Source: Vicugna vicugna
Taxonomy: Eukaryota
NCBI GenBank assembly: GCA_013265495.1
Contig: MU058796.1
Coordinates: 558,001 to 620,715, forward strand
DNA length: 62,715 nt
Reading direction: 5' to 3'
The number at the start of each line of letters is the position of its first letter. Within the stretch, counting starts at the first letter, position 1. The notes beneath the pieces are model-generated. The model saw only the letters and a list, made by a program, of their open reading frames with translations. It was not told the origin of the DNA and ran no database searches. Of this stretch, positions 50,311-62,715 are shown piece after piece. The translations under genes were made by a program, and so were the position numbers.

Positions 50311-53300
50311 GTTAACACGTGCACGTTTCTGTATGATACGCAATTGGCTTTAACACACGGGTCCTTTGCCACATACGCCCCCCTCCCCTGCCAGGTGCAT
50401 TTAGGTCCCTTCACGGTCTAACCCACAGATATGTGAACGACTGTAGTTCAGTTGCCTGATGGTTCTGTATGCTGAAAGGAATATAATATATTTGTATTCT
50501 AATTACCCATTACGCTTGTGCAAAATCAGGCAGATAAGTTTCAATAGGGAGATACATGGAACATATTTATGTTGGTTGCATTGTACCAGAGCGAAACAAA
50601 TAAAATGGAAAAAGAAGACAGGTTGGAAATTCTCCTGTCAAATTTGCACCTCATAAAAAAAGGGGGGGTTTCAACAATATTGAGAAGAAACTCCTAAAAC
50701 ATACTTTTACAGTTTGAGAATTATTAAGTATCCCTACAGACAGCTGCGAATGACAATGTTTGTTATCATGGAAAGGTTCAAAAATCATATAATTGAATCT
50801 CGGCAAGAAGGTTTTTCCCGTCTCCATCATCAGCATTTATACCAAATTCTTCTCAAGTTTATTGGTTCTCTCAAGCGCTTCCACCAAGTTAGAAATCACA
50901 TTATTTCCTGTGGACACACTTAGTCATGCCCGTTAATTTAAAAGAAGTAGTAAGAAAAGCATTTTTAAGTGTGTGTGTGTGTATATAGATACAGATACAG
51001 TAAGGTAGACACAATGTAATAGAACATCAGTTACTGGGTGACAACAGAGGAATCTCTTCACATCCAGTTGATACCTAACAAGTTGGAGATTGGCTGTAAG
51101 AAATTATATCAATAGTCAAACAGATTTCACAATCCTATGAGAAGGGTATTCATACTTCTGTGGCTAAAATTCTTTAGGAATTTACAAAACTTTGTTTGCT
51201 AGAAGGGGGCATTGTCTATCAAGCATTTTAATTTTCTGTTTTGTTACACATTTTTTTCCTATAAAAGCCTGAAACTGTACAGTGTTGTGTGACATGTATT
51301 TCCCAGTAAGTACATAAGGTGAGTAGGGTTAGGCTGATACAGTGATGAATTGCACCCCCCCCAAAAAAAAACCCCAGCATTGATTATTCAGTTTGTGCTG
51401 CTATTTCCTTGCCTTGAGGCTGTTCTCAAAAGCGGTATGATGTGAACAATCACGGAAGTACATAGCACCTAAATGGTTAATGTTCTCTTCAGAAAAAGTA
51501 GTGTATGAGTCTTCATATTGAAAGATACAATTTGGAAGTTGTCATTCTTCTTTGCCACCAAAAGAAGAATCATTTTTAAAACACATTTCTTTTTAAAAAT
51601 AAATAAATGTTGCCTTAAATTCTATCCAGGATTCCCCATCACGCATTAATTTCTTAGGTTTGAAATTATTAATCTATTGACTAATGCATTACTCTCTTAG
51701 CCCAATGGTTTCTTTGAGTCTGCCCAGACTTCACCTGGATGTACAATTTCCACCTCCTTAATTATTTCTCTTTGTGATAGTCACAACTGTGAACTTCTAT
51801 AAAGTCACCTAATTGTACCTTTTCTCAGGTACTCAAGTGGTCTGTTAATAATAAGGAATGGTTGTTTCTATTTATTTTAGATGTGGCTTAATATATGGTA
51901 GTCCAGATTGGTCTCTTTTATTTATTTCATCTTGAAATACACCCTTGTGTTTGTTCTGTTAAACCATAGAAAAAAATACAGCTTATACATCTGTATATAT
52001 TCATGTTACAGGCTTTTAAAATCATTTATGTGGAAGAGAATCCATAAGAAGCCATAAATCACTTAAATATGTCATCAGTTCCAACTCATCCACATTCATC
52101 TGCGAGTGGTTACACATAATATTTTAACCAGAAAAACAGTAGCAACAATTACTTGTCAGAAAAATCACCATCACTATCCTTTCTCCTAGAAGAAAAGAAG
52201 CGTCATGCACAAATTCACTGCCCAGTATCAAAAGAAAAATTCACGTGCACTTGTTACAGGGCTGTACTCAGGATGCCTGCTTTATGTATTCACTTAAATG
52301 AGGAAGGAGAAAGTGTAATTTTCCATCAGTTCAGCTTTGAACCTCAGGCTTAAAACTGACCTTTAAGACGTTCTCGTGGGACAGTGTTTTGTAAAAAAAA
52401 AAAAAACTCACTAAAATTTGTATTGAAGTTCTACCCTTCGAAGTAAAAAATCTTGAAAGAATGCATACAAGTTGAATTTCTGAAATGAAAACAGCTCTTC
52501 ATATTTTATTGATACTGAAATTTTCTTTAAAGACAGTGATCCCTGCAGTGCTTCACAAATAAAACTTCGCACCCAGAGTTCACGTGATCCCCGGCTCCAC
52601 AGATTTGTCTTCCCATGAAATTGTTGCATTACGTCTCAGACGTCAGTATGAAAAGCTACTGACATGTTGAATATAGATGAGGACTGCTTGTCTAGGTAAT
52701 AAAATTAGTATGCCTTTTGCTGAAAATGCCGTTATCACGTGCCTCCTGCTGGCGAGCATCACCTTGATTCTGAGCAGTCCTTAAGTAGCACGGATGGGCA
52801 GACTGGAAGCACTAGTGCTAAAGGATGAGTGAATAGCAGTGGGTTTGGAGATTAATTTATGACAGTCTTACTTATCATTTGCATGATATGAAGTGCGAAT
52901 TTTCTGTTATGTCACGGAGTGTTTCTCCAAATGATCATAGAAACACATTGTGTTAGCTAACTAGACCAAGCAGAAAAACGCGAATGTTTAAGGATGTCAC
53001 ATTTTAACCAAACTGTCCTTTGTGCATATTACTGGTGCTTTGTTCCAAAATGTACGGGATCTAATGGAAATTCCTGGACGTTATCTAAGTTCATTTCAAG
53101 GCACTATGGGCACTGAGCTTTCAAGGCCAGGATGACGTATCTCTGTCAGAGGGCATTAGTAATAAGCTGTAAGTGCACCATGTAATTAGGCTAATAAAAT
53201 GTACTATAAGCATTTTTCAAATATTGGCAATAGACCACCCCTCATTTCTAAACAAGGCTTCTCTGGAGTCTTCATCCCTTTCCTGATGGCATTACTGTTT

Positions 53301-54084
53301 ACTGAGTGTACAGCTTCTCAGAAAGAAGTCTTCAGAGGTCAGTTTGATTTTCAAAGCCTATTGTTTTAACTTGTAAATTTTTTCTCAGTCAATGCATTGT
53401 GAAATGCTCTTAGATATGCTGGCATTTAACATTATAAATCACTATGAAATAAGAACAAAACAGGTAACCCAACACAATTGAGCTAACCAAAGTCTTTACT
53501 ATGGAAAAAAATTGCCCCATGAATCTTTCACACATTTCTCTTCTCTGCTTATTGAAGCTCTTAGAAATGTTTAAAAGGCACAGTTAATCTTAAGTAAACT
53601 GATGTTGGGTGAGCATAAGAGACTAGTGATGAATGATCAATTTTTGAATAGTTTTCTGAATATGTTTTTCATAAGCATTGTTAAATCGTATATCGGAGCT
53701 AAGCTTTTTAAAAACAGCATTTTGGCAGTCCCAGCAACATGGCTTTCTTGTTTGATTTTATTAGGCAAAAAACGACTGATCTTTTTGATCTGTTCTTAGA
53801 AAGGCTGACAGCTACTATATAGAACACCCAAGAGCAACGGTAAGTATCAGAAATACCGATTAGATGAAAGATCTATTTACGTTTCTCTGCTGAAATACCA
53901 ATCTTAATAAACAGATGGCTTTTAACCAAAACAGCAATAACACACAGTAAAAATTTTTAACACTGTAATAAAGGAGCTACAAAACAAGAATTGTTGCCTA
54001 ATTTTTAACAGTATCTCTGACTAAATTATTTTATCCCATTTAATAATTTTGCTAATATTGCAACAAGAATAAGAAGTGCTACCA

Positions 54085-54265
54085 CCTACCATTTAATAGG
54101 TGCTTCATATATGCCAGGCTCTGCACTAAATACCACACGCTTTATTGCACTTAATCCTCTCAACAGCCCTCTGAGAAGGGTGCTCATTATCCACTTTTGC
54201 AAAAGAAGCAAAATAATTTGCTCAAGGTCTCACAGCTGGTGAGTGGCCTCGCCTGCACTGGGTTT
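54085..54265 (-). mobile_element. MIR SINE fragment
   Basis: tatgccaggctctgcactaa...ttaatcctctcaacagccct...tttgctcaaggtctcacagct. Confidence 0.7.
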
Positions 54266-56149
54266 AGCTCCAGAGTTTGAGCATTTTGGCTTCACTCAAG
54301 AGTTCCAAGAGTCTCTCTTGTACTTCATGGACTCTGCTGGTAGTTAAAGCAGGTTTGTTGGTTTGTGTGTTTTGAGTTTATTGAGCAGTAAAAGAAAATG
54401 AAGTAAAGTCAATTGAAATAAGTCAAAGAGTTTCAGAAGATGCCCTGGTAAGAATGGCATGGTTTACCTCTTAGCAGAAGCAGGCTTGTTAGCTGGGTGG
54501 TAGTCAGATGTAAAGCTGATGAGTTGCTGATTTACCTCCTTTGGAAATAATTTAAACAAAAGATCATCATGAGGGAGTTGTAGTAGGAAAAGCAAAATCA
54601 AAAGATTTTGAGTCAGAATGTTGAATGTCTAGTCCTCACCTGACCAACAAAATAATACTGGTTTTGCCAATCAATGTGATCAACAGCCACAAAAAAATGA
54701 GAAACAATTTATTCACATATATGCTTTTTATTTTCCTTCACAATTGAGCCATAGCAATAATGAAAAAGTCATGTGAAAATCAAAATATTTCAGTTCCCTT
54801 AAATGCTTTTGAAAGTTAATATTCGTTGTAAAGTTAAATGGTGTGTGTGTGCGCGTTTGTGTGTGTTTCAGTATTTAGGGCATTTCAAATTCATAGTCTA
54901 GCTTTGTCTTTAACATTTGGTCAGAGAGCTTTTCCTCTGAACAAAGAAGAGTTTGAACTAAAATAGTACTGTGGTCTTTTTTTTTTTCCTCCCAAAGAAG
55001 TGTCGCCCAGAGCCCTGGAGTTACAGTGTGGAGCGCGGAAGGGCAAGCTGGTTAGGGGTTCCCTGTGAGTTAAGTTGTTGGAAACGTAGTCCACCGAGGC
55101 AGGCGTTATACTGAGATGTATGGTTTGCTGCATTTATTCTCACAGCTGTGGAGGGCTGAGCATTCTTACAAGTGAGAAAACTGAGTACCTAAGAAATTCA
55201 GTGTAGCCAACTGCAGAGCAGTGGATGGGAGTTGGACATCCGCTGGGTGCCTGGGCCACGCAGGTCAGTGCTGTTGGATTCTGCCTCTGGGGACAGCCTG
55301 GTCCTGCCCCTGCCCCCTCCCCCAGCCCCATGCACCCCCGAGCCCCCAGGAGCTCTGCAGCAGGCAGCACCGCAAAGCCACGTGCTCCAGCTTTCTGGGG
55401 ATCTGCTCGTTACCTAGCTGGTCCTGGGAGGCAGCGGTAGGGGAAGAAAGCATAAGGGATATGAGCCTTGTCCTGTGGGTTCCTGTTCAGCTGGACACTG
55501 TCCCCTGCCCTGGCCATCGCCCCTGAGGGCCGTCTGAACAGCCTCATGCGTCCTCACTTCTGTCACCGGCTCCTCCCTGCTGCCCTTTCTCTCCTCTGTT
55601 TCTTTCCTTTTCAGCCTTTTTGTTTTTCCTTTTCTTTCAATTTTCCCCTGGATTTTTAGATGTGTTATTCATTTGACTTAAAAAACCATGTTAGTTCTTA
55701 ATCACACCTCTTTTTTATTACATCATGGATTTTAGCCTTTTTTCTAACTGGAGTGTGCATTTTAGTCTGGACTTCCTCTGCATCTCATTGTCTTCTTATG
55801 CTTTTTTAAAACTCATATATTTATTTTTTTTTAGAATTAACATTTAATCTTTATTGGAATATAAGCTTGCTTATATTTAAATTTCTCCTTAATTTTACTT
55901 TCTAATTTCCTTCTTGCTCTTCACATTCTTTGAAAAAAATTTTTTTAAAGTCCCTCTGTTTCTTTTTTCCTTCTTTTTGTTTTCTTTCTTTTTTTAATGA
56001 TTAGCAAGTGTTAGGGCCCCAAAGATGGTAGCATTGAAAAAGTCTCCATCTTTTCCATCTTATTTATAATTCTTATTTATTTATCCCAGTTTTAGTGTTC
56101 ATTTTATATGATAAAATATTCATATAAATAATTTAATGAAGCAGATGTA

Positions 56150-56355
56150 TTACGGTTATGGAAACTTTGGATTCACATAGACATAGGTTTAAGTCTTTGC
56201 TCTCTCTTGGGCAAATTACTTAACCTCTCTCAAATTGTTTCCTCCTCCGTAAAATTGGAATCAGCCTACCTTGCCAAGGGTTGCTTTGCGGATTAGGAGT
56301 AATGTATGTAAAGTGCCTTAGCGCAGCTTTTGGCACGTGACAGGCACTCAACACA
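56150..56355 (+). mobile_element. MIR SINE
   Basis: ttgggcaaattacttaacctctc...gtaaaattgg...taatgtatgtaaagtgccttagc. Confidence 0.75.
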
Positions 56356-56668
56356 TAGGAGCGTCTTTCCTTCTAGAAGATATTGTGAGTAGCATAAACA
56401 TCCTATGACTTTAAGTTTTATAAAGATAATCAGTCATCGGGACTTCAAGTGGACTGCCATTATCTGCCTCCAGCCATGTGGCCGGGGTCTATCAGTAACA
56501 CTTTATGAACAATGCAGGGACAGCCACCAGGCTCCCCGCTGGAGGCGGTGGGTGACTTGAGGGAGTGCTCAGCTCTGCGTCGGGTGATCCAGGTGAATGA
56601 GGGCAGAGGGGAGTGAGCCTCTGAGCCTCCTTCTGGAATATTATTTTAGGTGATAAAAAAAATACCTT

Positions 56669-56812
56669 GGAAGGAGGGTATAGCTCAGTGGTAGAGCACA
56701 TACCTAGCATGCATGAGGTCCTGGGTTCAATCTCCAGTACTGCCATTAAATAAACAAACAAACAAATAATTAAACCTATTATCTACCCCTTCAAAAGACT
56801 TTTAAAAAAAAT
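56669..56812 (+). mobile_element. tRNA-derived SINE, Vic-1-like
   Basis: Same head (TAGCTCAGTGG A box, GGTTCAATC B box) and AAAT/AAAC tail. Confidence 0.88.
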
Positions 56813-57029
56813 CTTATGCAGAGAAGTTTGTCACTCAGTTTTTCTACTTCTCCACTTCCTCCTTTCCTTTTTTTTTTGCCTTCTCACTGTTTCCTACAAC
56901 TCAGTACACAAGTCTGTTGCTTTGTTTATTTCATCTTTCTTTAACTTAAATATTTCAGTTGAGTATCTGCTACTACATGTTTCACATATGAAAGAAATGA
57001 AGGATGTCCCTGCCCTTAAATGAATACTG

Positions 57030-57205
57030 GTAATGACTAACATATATTGATCACCTACTGTTTGAGAGGCTCTGTATTTAAACCCTTCATGAATACTATT
57101 TCATTTAAAGAATTCTAAATTTTGTAACAATCCTATGGCATAAAAACTATTATTATCTGCATTTTATAAACGAGGAAACTGAGGATTAGCATAGTGAAGG
57201 AAGTT
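57030..57205 (-). mobile_element. MIR SINE fragment
   Basis: acaatcctatg...cattttataaacgaggaaactgagg. Confidence 0.65.
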
Positions 57206-57309
57206 ATTGAAGACTGAAAATCGAGTCTGTGGGGAACCTGAGAGCCTAATTCCTAAGAACCTTGTTATAGTACAACCGACATGGCTTGAAACCAAAAGGG
57301 ATATTTAAA

Positions 57310-57725
57310 AGGGTAATTACAGCACTGTAAGATAAAGACTTAGCTACTGTGAGAACATAAAGAGGAGAGTGATTGACTGAAAGGACTACTGAGAAAGGCT
57401 TTATTGAGGAGATAGTATTCGAGCTGGGTTTTGAAGCGTAAGTAGGAGTTTGCTAGATGAGCAAAGTAGAGAGGTAGCAGAGCCGGGCGCCCTGCACTTT
57501 GGGGTTTTACGCCCAAGTTTTGTGCTCGGCAGCCCTCCGTCACGATCGGCTCCCCGCAAGGTAGCATTCTAGATGGATGGAAAATTATGTGAGAAGCAAA
57601 TGGGTATGAAAAGGCATGAGATGATTTGAGTGAGAAGTTCGGTGAGGCTGGAACAAAAGAATATGTCTGATGGAGTGCAGTGGACCAGAAGTCTGGGGAG
57701 AAAGATTGGGGCAAGATTGGGAGCC
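57310..57725. mobile_element. L2 LINE fragment
   Basis: Purine-rich L2-like text (gagaaaggctttattgaggag...gagctgggttttgaag...gtaggagtttgctag). Confidence 0.55.
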
Positions 57726-57914
57726 CCTTGAGTGCTGCACCTCATGTCTGCTGTTTTATGCCCATGTTGAAAGAAGGGAAGGGAATTAGTATTAGTGTTT
57801 AATGAGTTCTCTTTCTGTGTTTTATTTATATTAAATCATGCCTTACTTACATTATTTCAGTTAATTTTTACAACCAGACAAGGAAGTAGGCTTTAGTTAT
57901 CATTGTTATTATTG

Positions 57915-58265
57915 TTACTTAAAATATACAAATTGTAAGGGTAGCTCTCACTGACTTTCCACAAAATGAATGTGCCAGTGTAATTAACACCCAGAATGGG
58001 AAACAATATGGAACTCCAGAAGCTGCCTGTGTCCTCTTCTAGTCATTATGCCCCCAAGGGTAACACTGCCTGACTTCTCACACCATAGTTTAACCTTGCC
58101 AGTTTTCGAACTGTGTTAAGTGTAATGTTGCAATATATAATATTTTGTGTATGGCTTCTTTCCTTCTGCACAATGCCCATGAAGTGCATTCATGCCCCAC
58201 TACTTCATTCCTTTTCATTGCCGCATAATATTCCATTGATGCTTCTATGACAAATTATTCATCCA
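57915..58265 (-). mobile_element. Old L1M 3' fragment
   Basis: cctgacttctcacaccatagttt...ttttgtgtatggcttctttc...cataatattccattg. Confidence 0.6.
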
Positions 58266-58599
58266 GCCTCAGAGTAGTTATTATTATTTGTCTTCCACAA
58301 GTGATAAAACTTGGATAGGTTAAATAACTAGTTTTAAATCACAGAGCTAGAGAGTGGCAGAACTAAGACTTTGCGCCAGTATCCTCTTATTCTAAAGGAT
58401 AGTATAACATGGGGTTTGGATCAGTCAATCTCTAGGCAACACTAATTTATTAAGTGCATCACACAATAATTTATTGTGTTCTGGGGACCTCTTTAGCTGC
58501 TGAGGGCACAGGATGGAACAGAGCAGATTCCATCCTGGTTAACATTTAGACGAGAAGGTAACATCAGCCACCACAGGGTGCTGTGGAGAAGACAGTAAC

Positions 58600-58830
58600 T
58601 CACATGGACAGAATGCTGAGCTTACAGCAGGCCCTGTTCTAAGTACTTCGCCTGTACTGCCTCCTGTAATTTCAAAACACAACCATGAGCTAGGTCCAAT
58701 AGCTATTCCCACGATCCTTGTTTCACAGAAGAGGACGCTGAAGCAGGCAGCATGCAAGTCCTTCTGTCCCACAGTTAGTAGACAGAGAGGAAGCAGGTTC
58801 AAATCCAGACCGTCTGGCCCCGAGCCTGTG
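58600..58830 (-). mobile_element. MIR SINE fragment
   Basis: caggccctgttctaagtactt...cacaaccatgagctagg...cacagttagta...gttcaaatccag. Confidence 0.6.
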
Positions 58831-60190
58831 CATGGAGCCACAGCGCTGTGGAGGGTGAATGATGGAGAACACCGCAGAGACGGCTGCTCTAGCTGGGATG
58901 CTGGGGACGGCCTCCCAGAGGAAGGCTCGCCTGGTACGAAGACCTGGAGAGTGGAGGGGGCAGCTGGGGTGAAGCTCTAGAGGGAGACCATCCCAAGCAT
59001 AAGGAGCAGCAGGTGAAACGACTCTGAGTCAGGGGTGAGCTTGGCACGTTTAAGGTCAGAAAGAAGGAGGAGAGTGGAGGAAACTGAGGCCCCGGCCAGG
59101 CACAGCTTGGGAACGATAGAAATGGGGGCTGAAATATCACCTTCAGTGCATTTTCACAGGTGCTGTTTTTCTTTCTACGTTGTTTTCTTGATCAACTGCA
59201 CTGGTCTCTTCTGTGGGATAAATGTGGTCATCTACACAAAGGCTTACAGCCCTGACGAGGCCAGTAGCAAGTGTTCAAACCTTCGTTTCCTCCTGCCCGT
59301 GCCCTCTCACGCCATTCCTACCCTGACAGCAGAGGTGCAACCAGGAACCACCGGACAGGCCCGTAGCTCGTGGAAGATTGTGACTGACTCGTCCTTCCTG
59401 CCTGCTATTTGTCATCAAATGGGGTTTGAGTTGTCCTGAAGGTCATGTCAGGTCAGAATCCTTCCCACATCCAGGTGGCAGACGTGGCAAGGGTCAGAGG
59501 GGAAGGAGAAGCAGACAGAAAGAGCAGGAGGCCCAGGGAAACTTTACCAGGTCCGGACACCCCTGAAGCCCGGAACTGCCAGCGGTCTGTCAGGGCGCAT
59601 TACAGATGAGAAGAATGCCTCTGTTTGGGATTAGTGCTTCCTTCTGAGACAGGATGCTCTGCACGGTTTCAAGGTGAGACAATGTTATGTGCTGCTCGTC
59701 GGACGAGCCTGTCTAATTATATGCCTCCCTGATTATTGTTCGGCAGATTGATTAGAACCGTATTCAAGACACTTGTAGATCATAGTTCCTGGACACTTCT
59801 ATATGTTAGCAAATCAAGTATGATTTATCCCTGGAATTATTGGTTAGGGACGGCTTCTTTTTTTCAATGCATGTTCTCTCTAGCTTATAATTTTAATTAG
59901 CACTTGCTCGCGGTTCGCCCCGAGAGCAGGAATGATTGTCACTTCGGCACTGGAGCACAGCCAGAGCTTGTAATGCAACTTTGACTCTTTGCTTTCAGAT
60001 TCCTTAATCAATGCTGGATGTAGGATAAGGGAAATCGTGGAATTCGAGTCACAGTGCAATAGGAAATTGAAGAGCTCGTCAATTTAGGAGGTGAATTTGA
60101 ATTAGATTCTGAAAGGCAAAGGATTGGCCGGTCCAGGTATCCTTATCCACCACGCCCGATTCCGGGTAGATCGCCCTCCTCCTGTACTCC

Positions 60191-60346
60191 GACCCAGTGG
60201 CAAGTGACTAGACCCATGCCCACTAGACACACACCCAGGGTCCAGGCCTGCTGGGAGGCTGCTGTCCGGACCCAGTGGCAAGTGACTAGACCCACGCCCA
60301 CTAGAGACACACCCAGGGTCCAGGCCTGCTGGGAGGCTGCTGTCCG
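60191..60346. repeat. 78-bp tandem duplication (2 copies, 2 mismatches)
   Basis: 60191-60268 versus 60269-60346; differences at 60217/60295 and 60228/60306. Confidence 0.95.
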
Positions 60347-61288
60347 CCTGCACAGTTGCTTCTTGAGAAAATAAACTGCCACCATCACTGCTGTGCTGTT
60401 GGAGCAACTTCTGCTGCTTCGGCTCAACTTTCCTCCTGCCACATGGGGACATCAATTTCCCCCTCTTCTTTCTTTTACACCGAGGGAAGCAGGCAGAGCT
60501 GTCCTGGGTATTTCTGTCTTTTGTGCCACAAGTCTGTGTATGAGGGAAGTACAATTACTTCCTGAAAATGTAAAATAGCCATGGAAAACCTGCTTTGAAT
60601 TTCTGATGACGCTCTTTCTAGCCAAGATATTATTGCATTGTTTCTTGAAAGATCTAGTATCTTGAACAAGGTAATTATATTCCTCCTGATATTCAAGTAG
60701 AATTTTCCTTCTGTGAAATACAAGAGAGCTACCTATTTCAGGAAGATTTAAGTTCAAATTTAATCACTTCGTCTCTGAACTTCAAGTGAAATTTAATTAT
60801 CCTCGTCCTGACATACATCGACTAATACACAAACAGTGCCAATGAGAGCAGAAAAGTGAAAATGTATGCTCAAGAAAAAAAAGAGGCGAAAGGAGTTTGA
60901 TGGAAGTTTGGAAGTTTTAAGAGTGCAATCTGTTTTGTCAAGTTCAAGCTCTTGTCTTCCTAAAAATGGAGTAAGTACTAACATACAGTATCACTTGGCA
61001 CTGCAAATATGAATATTTAACAGTAACAAGTTGATGCAGTTTAAATGTTCCTGGGCCTAGGTTTATCAGAATTTTCTTAAGGAAGATTTACCTTTTAGAA
61101 GTGAAAAGGGGTGTTTGAAACGAAGTAGAATGCCCTTGAGGATTTTTATCACCCACTCAAACTTAGAGAAGGCGGTTTATCAGGGAGTTGAGTTGAATCA
61201 TCAGAAAACCAGTATAAACTTCACCCTAAACAAACAGTCCAGGTAAGGAAAGATTTTTTTCTAAATAAAATTAATGTTTGACATCCAT

Positions 61289-61626
61289 TGTATTCGTCAA
61301 GGCTCTCCATAGAACAGAGCCAACAGATGTGTGTGTGTATGTGTGTGTGTGTGTATATGTGTGTGTATGTAAGTGTATGTGTGTGTGTGTATATATATAT
61401 ATAGAGAGAGAGAGAGATTTTATTTCAAGGAATTAGGTCGTATGACTGTGAAGGCTGGCAAGTCCAGAATCAGTAGGGTAGGCAGACACCTGGGAGACCC
61501 CAGGAAGAACTGATGAAGCAGTTAAGTCTGAAGACCATCGAGTTGAAGAAGTCCCTCTTACTTGGAACAGGTTCTGTTTTTTTTTTTTTGTTCTATTCAG
61601 GCCTTCAGCTGATTGGATGCAGCCCA
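61289..61626. mobile_element. MLT2-like (ERVL) LTR fragment with internal (TG)n(TA)n(GA)n
   Basis: tgtattcgtcaaggctctcc...aaggaattag...ggctggcaagtcc...caggccttcagctgattggatg is the MLT2 pattern. Confidence 0.75.
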
Positions 61627-61795
61627 TTTCTCTGGTTTCTTGTGACAGTCTTGTGTCTCCAGTAGAATATGATTTCCATTAAGGCAAGTAACTTGCCTAC
61701 TTCAGCTGATTGGATGCAGCCCATTTCTCTGGTTTCTTGTGACAGTCTTGTGTCTCCAGTAGAATATGATTTCCATTAAGGCAAGTAACTTGCCT
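61603..61795. repeat. 96-bp perfect tandem duplication
   Basis: 61603-61698 is identical to 61700-61795, with a single A spacer at 61699. Confidence 0.95.
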
Positions 61796-62715
61796 GCCTT
61801 TTCCCCATGGTTTTCCTTGTTTCTAGCAGAGTTCTTAGCACATACACAGCCCACATTAAATATCTGTGTATATGGAACATATAAATTAATGAAATTTGGT
61901 TCCCGGCAGTAAAGGTCTAGATATCCTGATTGATCCTGTCACTGAATGCACTTCAAAACGCTAAGCCAAATATTTTAAAGTATCTTTTTAAAATGCATTG
62001 ATGAGCTAGCCAGAAAGTAAAACAAAAAAACTAAGAGAAAGAGAGAAACTGAGGAGTAAACTAGTCTAAGCTGAACACAGATGGCGACGGCTTATACTGA
62101 ACCTGGGACGTTGGTTAGCATGCTGTATTGAGGCAGAGGCATCAGAGGACAATTCCCGGGACCTCTCCTGAGAATTTATAGCTTCACGTTGGCTCTCATG
62201 TGGGTTTGCACCTCGAGTTCATATTGGGAAATATCAAATTTATCCTTGTTTTAGAGACAGCCTGAGTACATAAAAGAGTAAAAGGTTGATATTCCCTAAA
62301 TCTGCACCCCTCAACCACTCAGAACGCCCAGGGGCTTATCATCGCATGTTCAGGCCTTGCTTTTGGATGCATCTTGAGAACTAAGTCCACATTTGTTTAT
62401 CTTTCTGAATCCGGTAAGGAAAGCAAACAGCAAAGAGAATATTGAAACGACTAGTGTGTTGCTTTCTGGGAGATACAACATCCTGAAGTCACACACTTTT
62501 TGGACCAGAGCCAGGAAGACCTTGGCATCAGTGCATCCTGGAAAATGTTGCTTTTCTCAAACCCCACCAAGCTGAAGCAGCAGAGGTCCTGGCGTCGCCG
62601 ATCTAGCCTCGGTCAGAAGCGTTGTTTCCCGGGAACACAGATGAATATTGGGATTTGGGAATTATTTATAATTAATCCCCCACCAGCTGAGGATTTTAAG
62701 AGGTTGCTTCTAGGA

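Noticed and set aside
55140..55659. Cluster of overlapping ORFs on both strands
   Set aside because: Stop-codon depletion in a GC-rich patch explains them, and the peptides are low-complexity with no family resemblance.
19628..56745. Three tRNA-like sequences with A and B boxes as tRNA genes
   Set aside because: They have A-rich tails, mutual divergence and in one case a TSD. They are SINE heads, not tRNA genes.
60102..60554. 150-aa minus-strand ORF with an internal peptide repeat
   Set aside because: The repeat arises because the 78-bp DNA duplication is a multiple of three. There is no recognisable domain or gene structure.
4114..62575. Remaining 60-135 aa intronic and intergenic ORFs in the track
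   Set aside because: They have chance-level lengths, many use non-ATG starts, several lie inside repeats, and none shows splice-compatible or domain evidence.
1..62715. A novel multi-gene system, CRISPR array, operon or defence island
   Set aside because: The window is a spliced mammalian gene plus intergenic DNA. There are no repeat-spacer arrays, and no long ORFs remain unexplained by ADGRL2 exons.

Overview
This window is eukaryotic (mammalian) genomic DNA, not a prokaryotic locus. It holds the 3' part of the adhesion GPCR gene ADGRL2 (latrophilin-2/LPHN2) on the + strand. The gene runs from the lectin-olfactomedin linker microexon (1835) through the olfactomedin, Ser/Thr linker, HormR, GAIN/GPS, 7TM and cytoplasmic-tail exons to the stop (49030, PDZ ligand VTSL) and a 3'UTR ending near 50310. 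About 12 kb of intergenic DNA follows. The 5' exons (signal peptide, lectin domain) lie upstream of the window. All constitutive exons have GT-AG boundaries with compatible phases. Three tRNA-derived SINEs of Vic-1 type point to a camelid genome. I found no new gene or previously undescribed system. The most interesting biology is splicing architecture: a NAGNAG microexon, three microexons sharing a UGCUU (SRRM4-type) acceptor motif, two ICL3 cassettes, and a C-terminal cassette cluster that can read the last exon in all three frames. There are also candidate poison exons, a sharp GC/CpG-rich patch over the stop codon, and two young tandem duplications. Repeat-family names and comparisons to orthologs or paralogs come from memory, not from searches.
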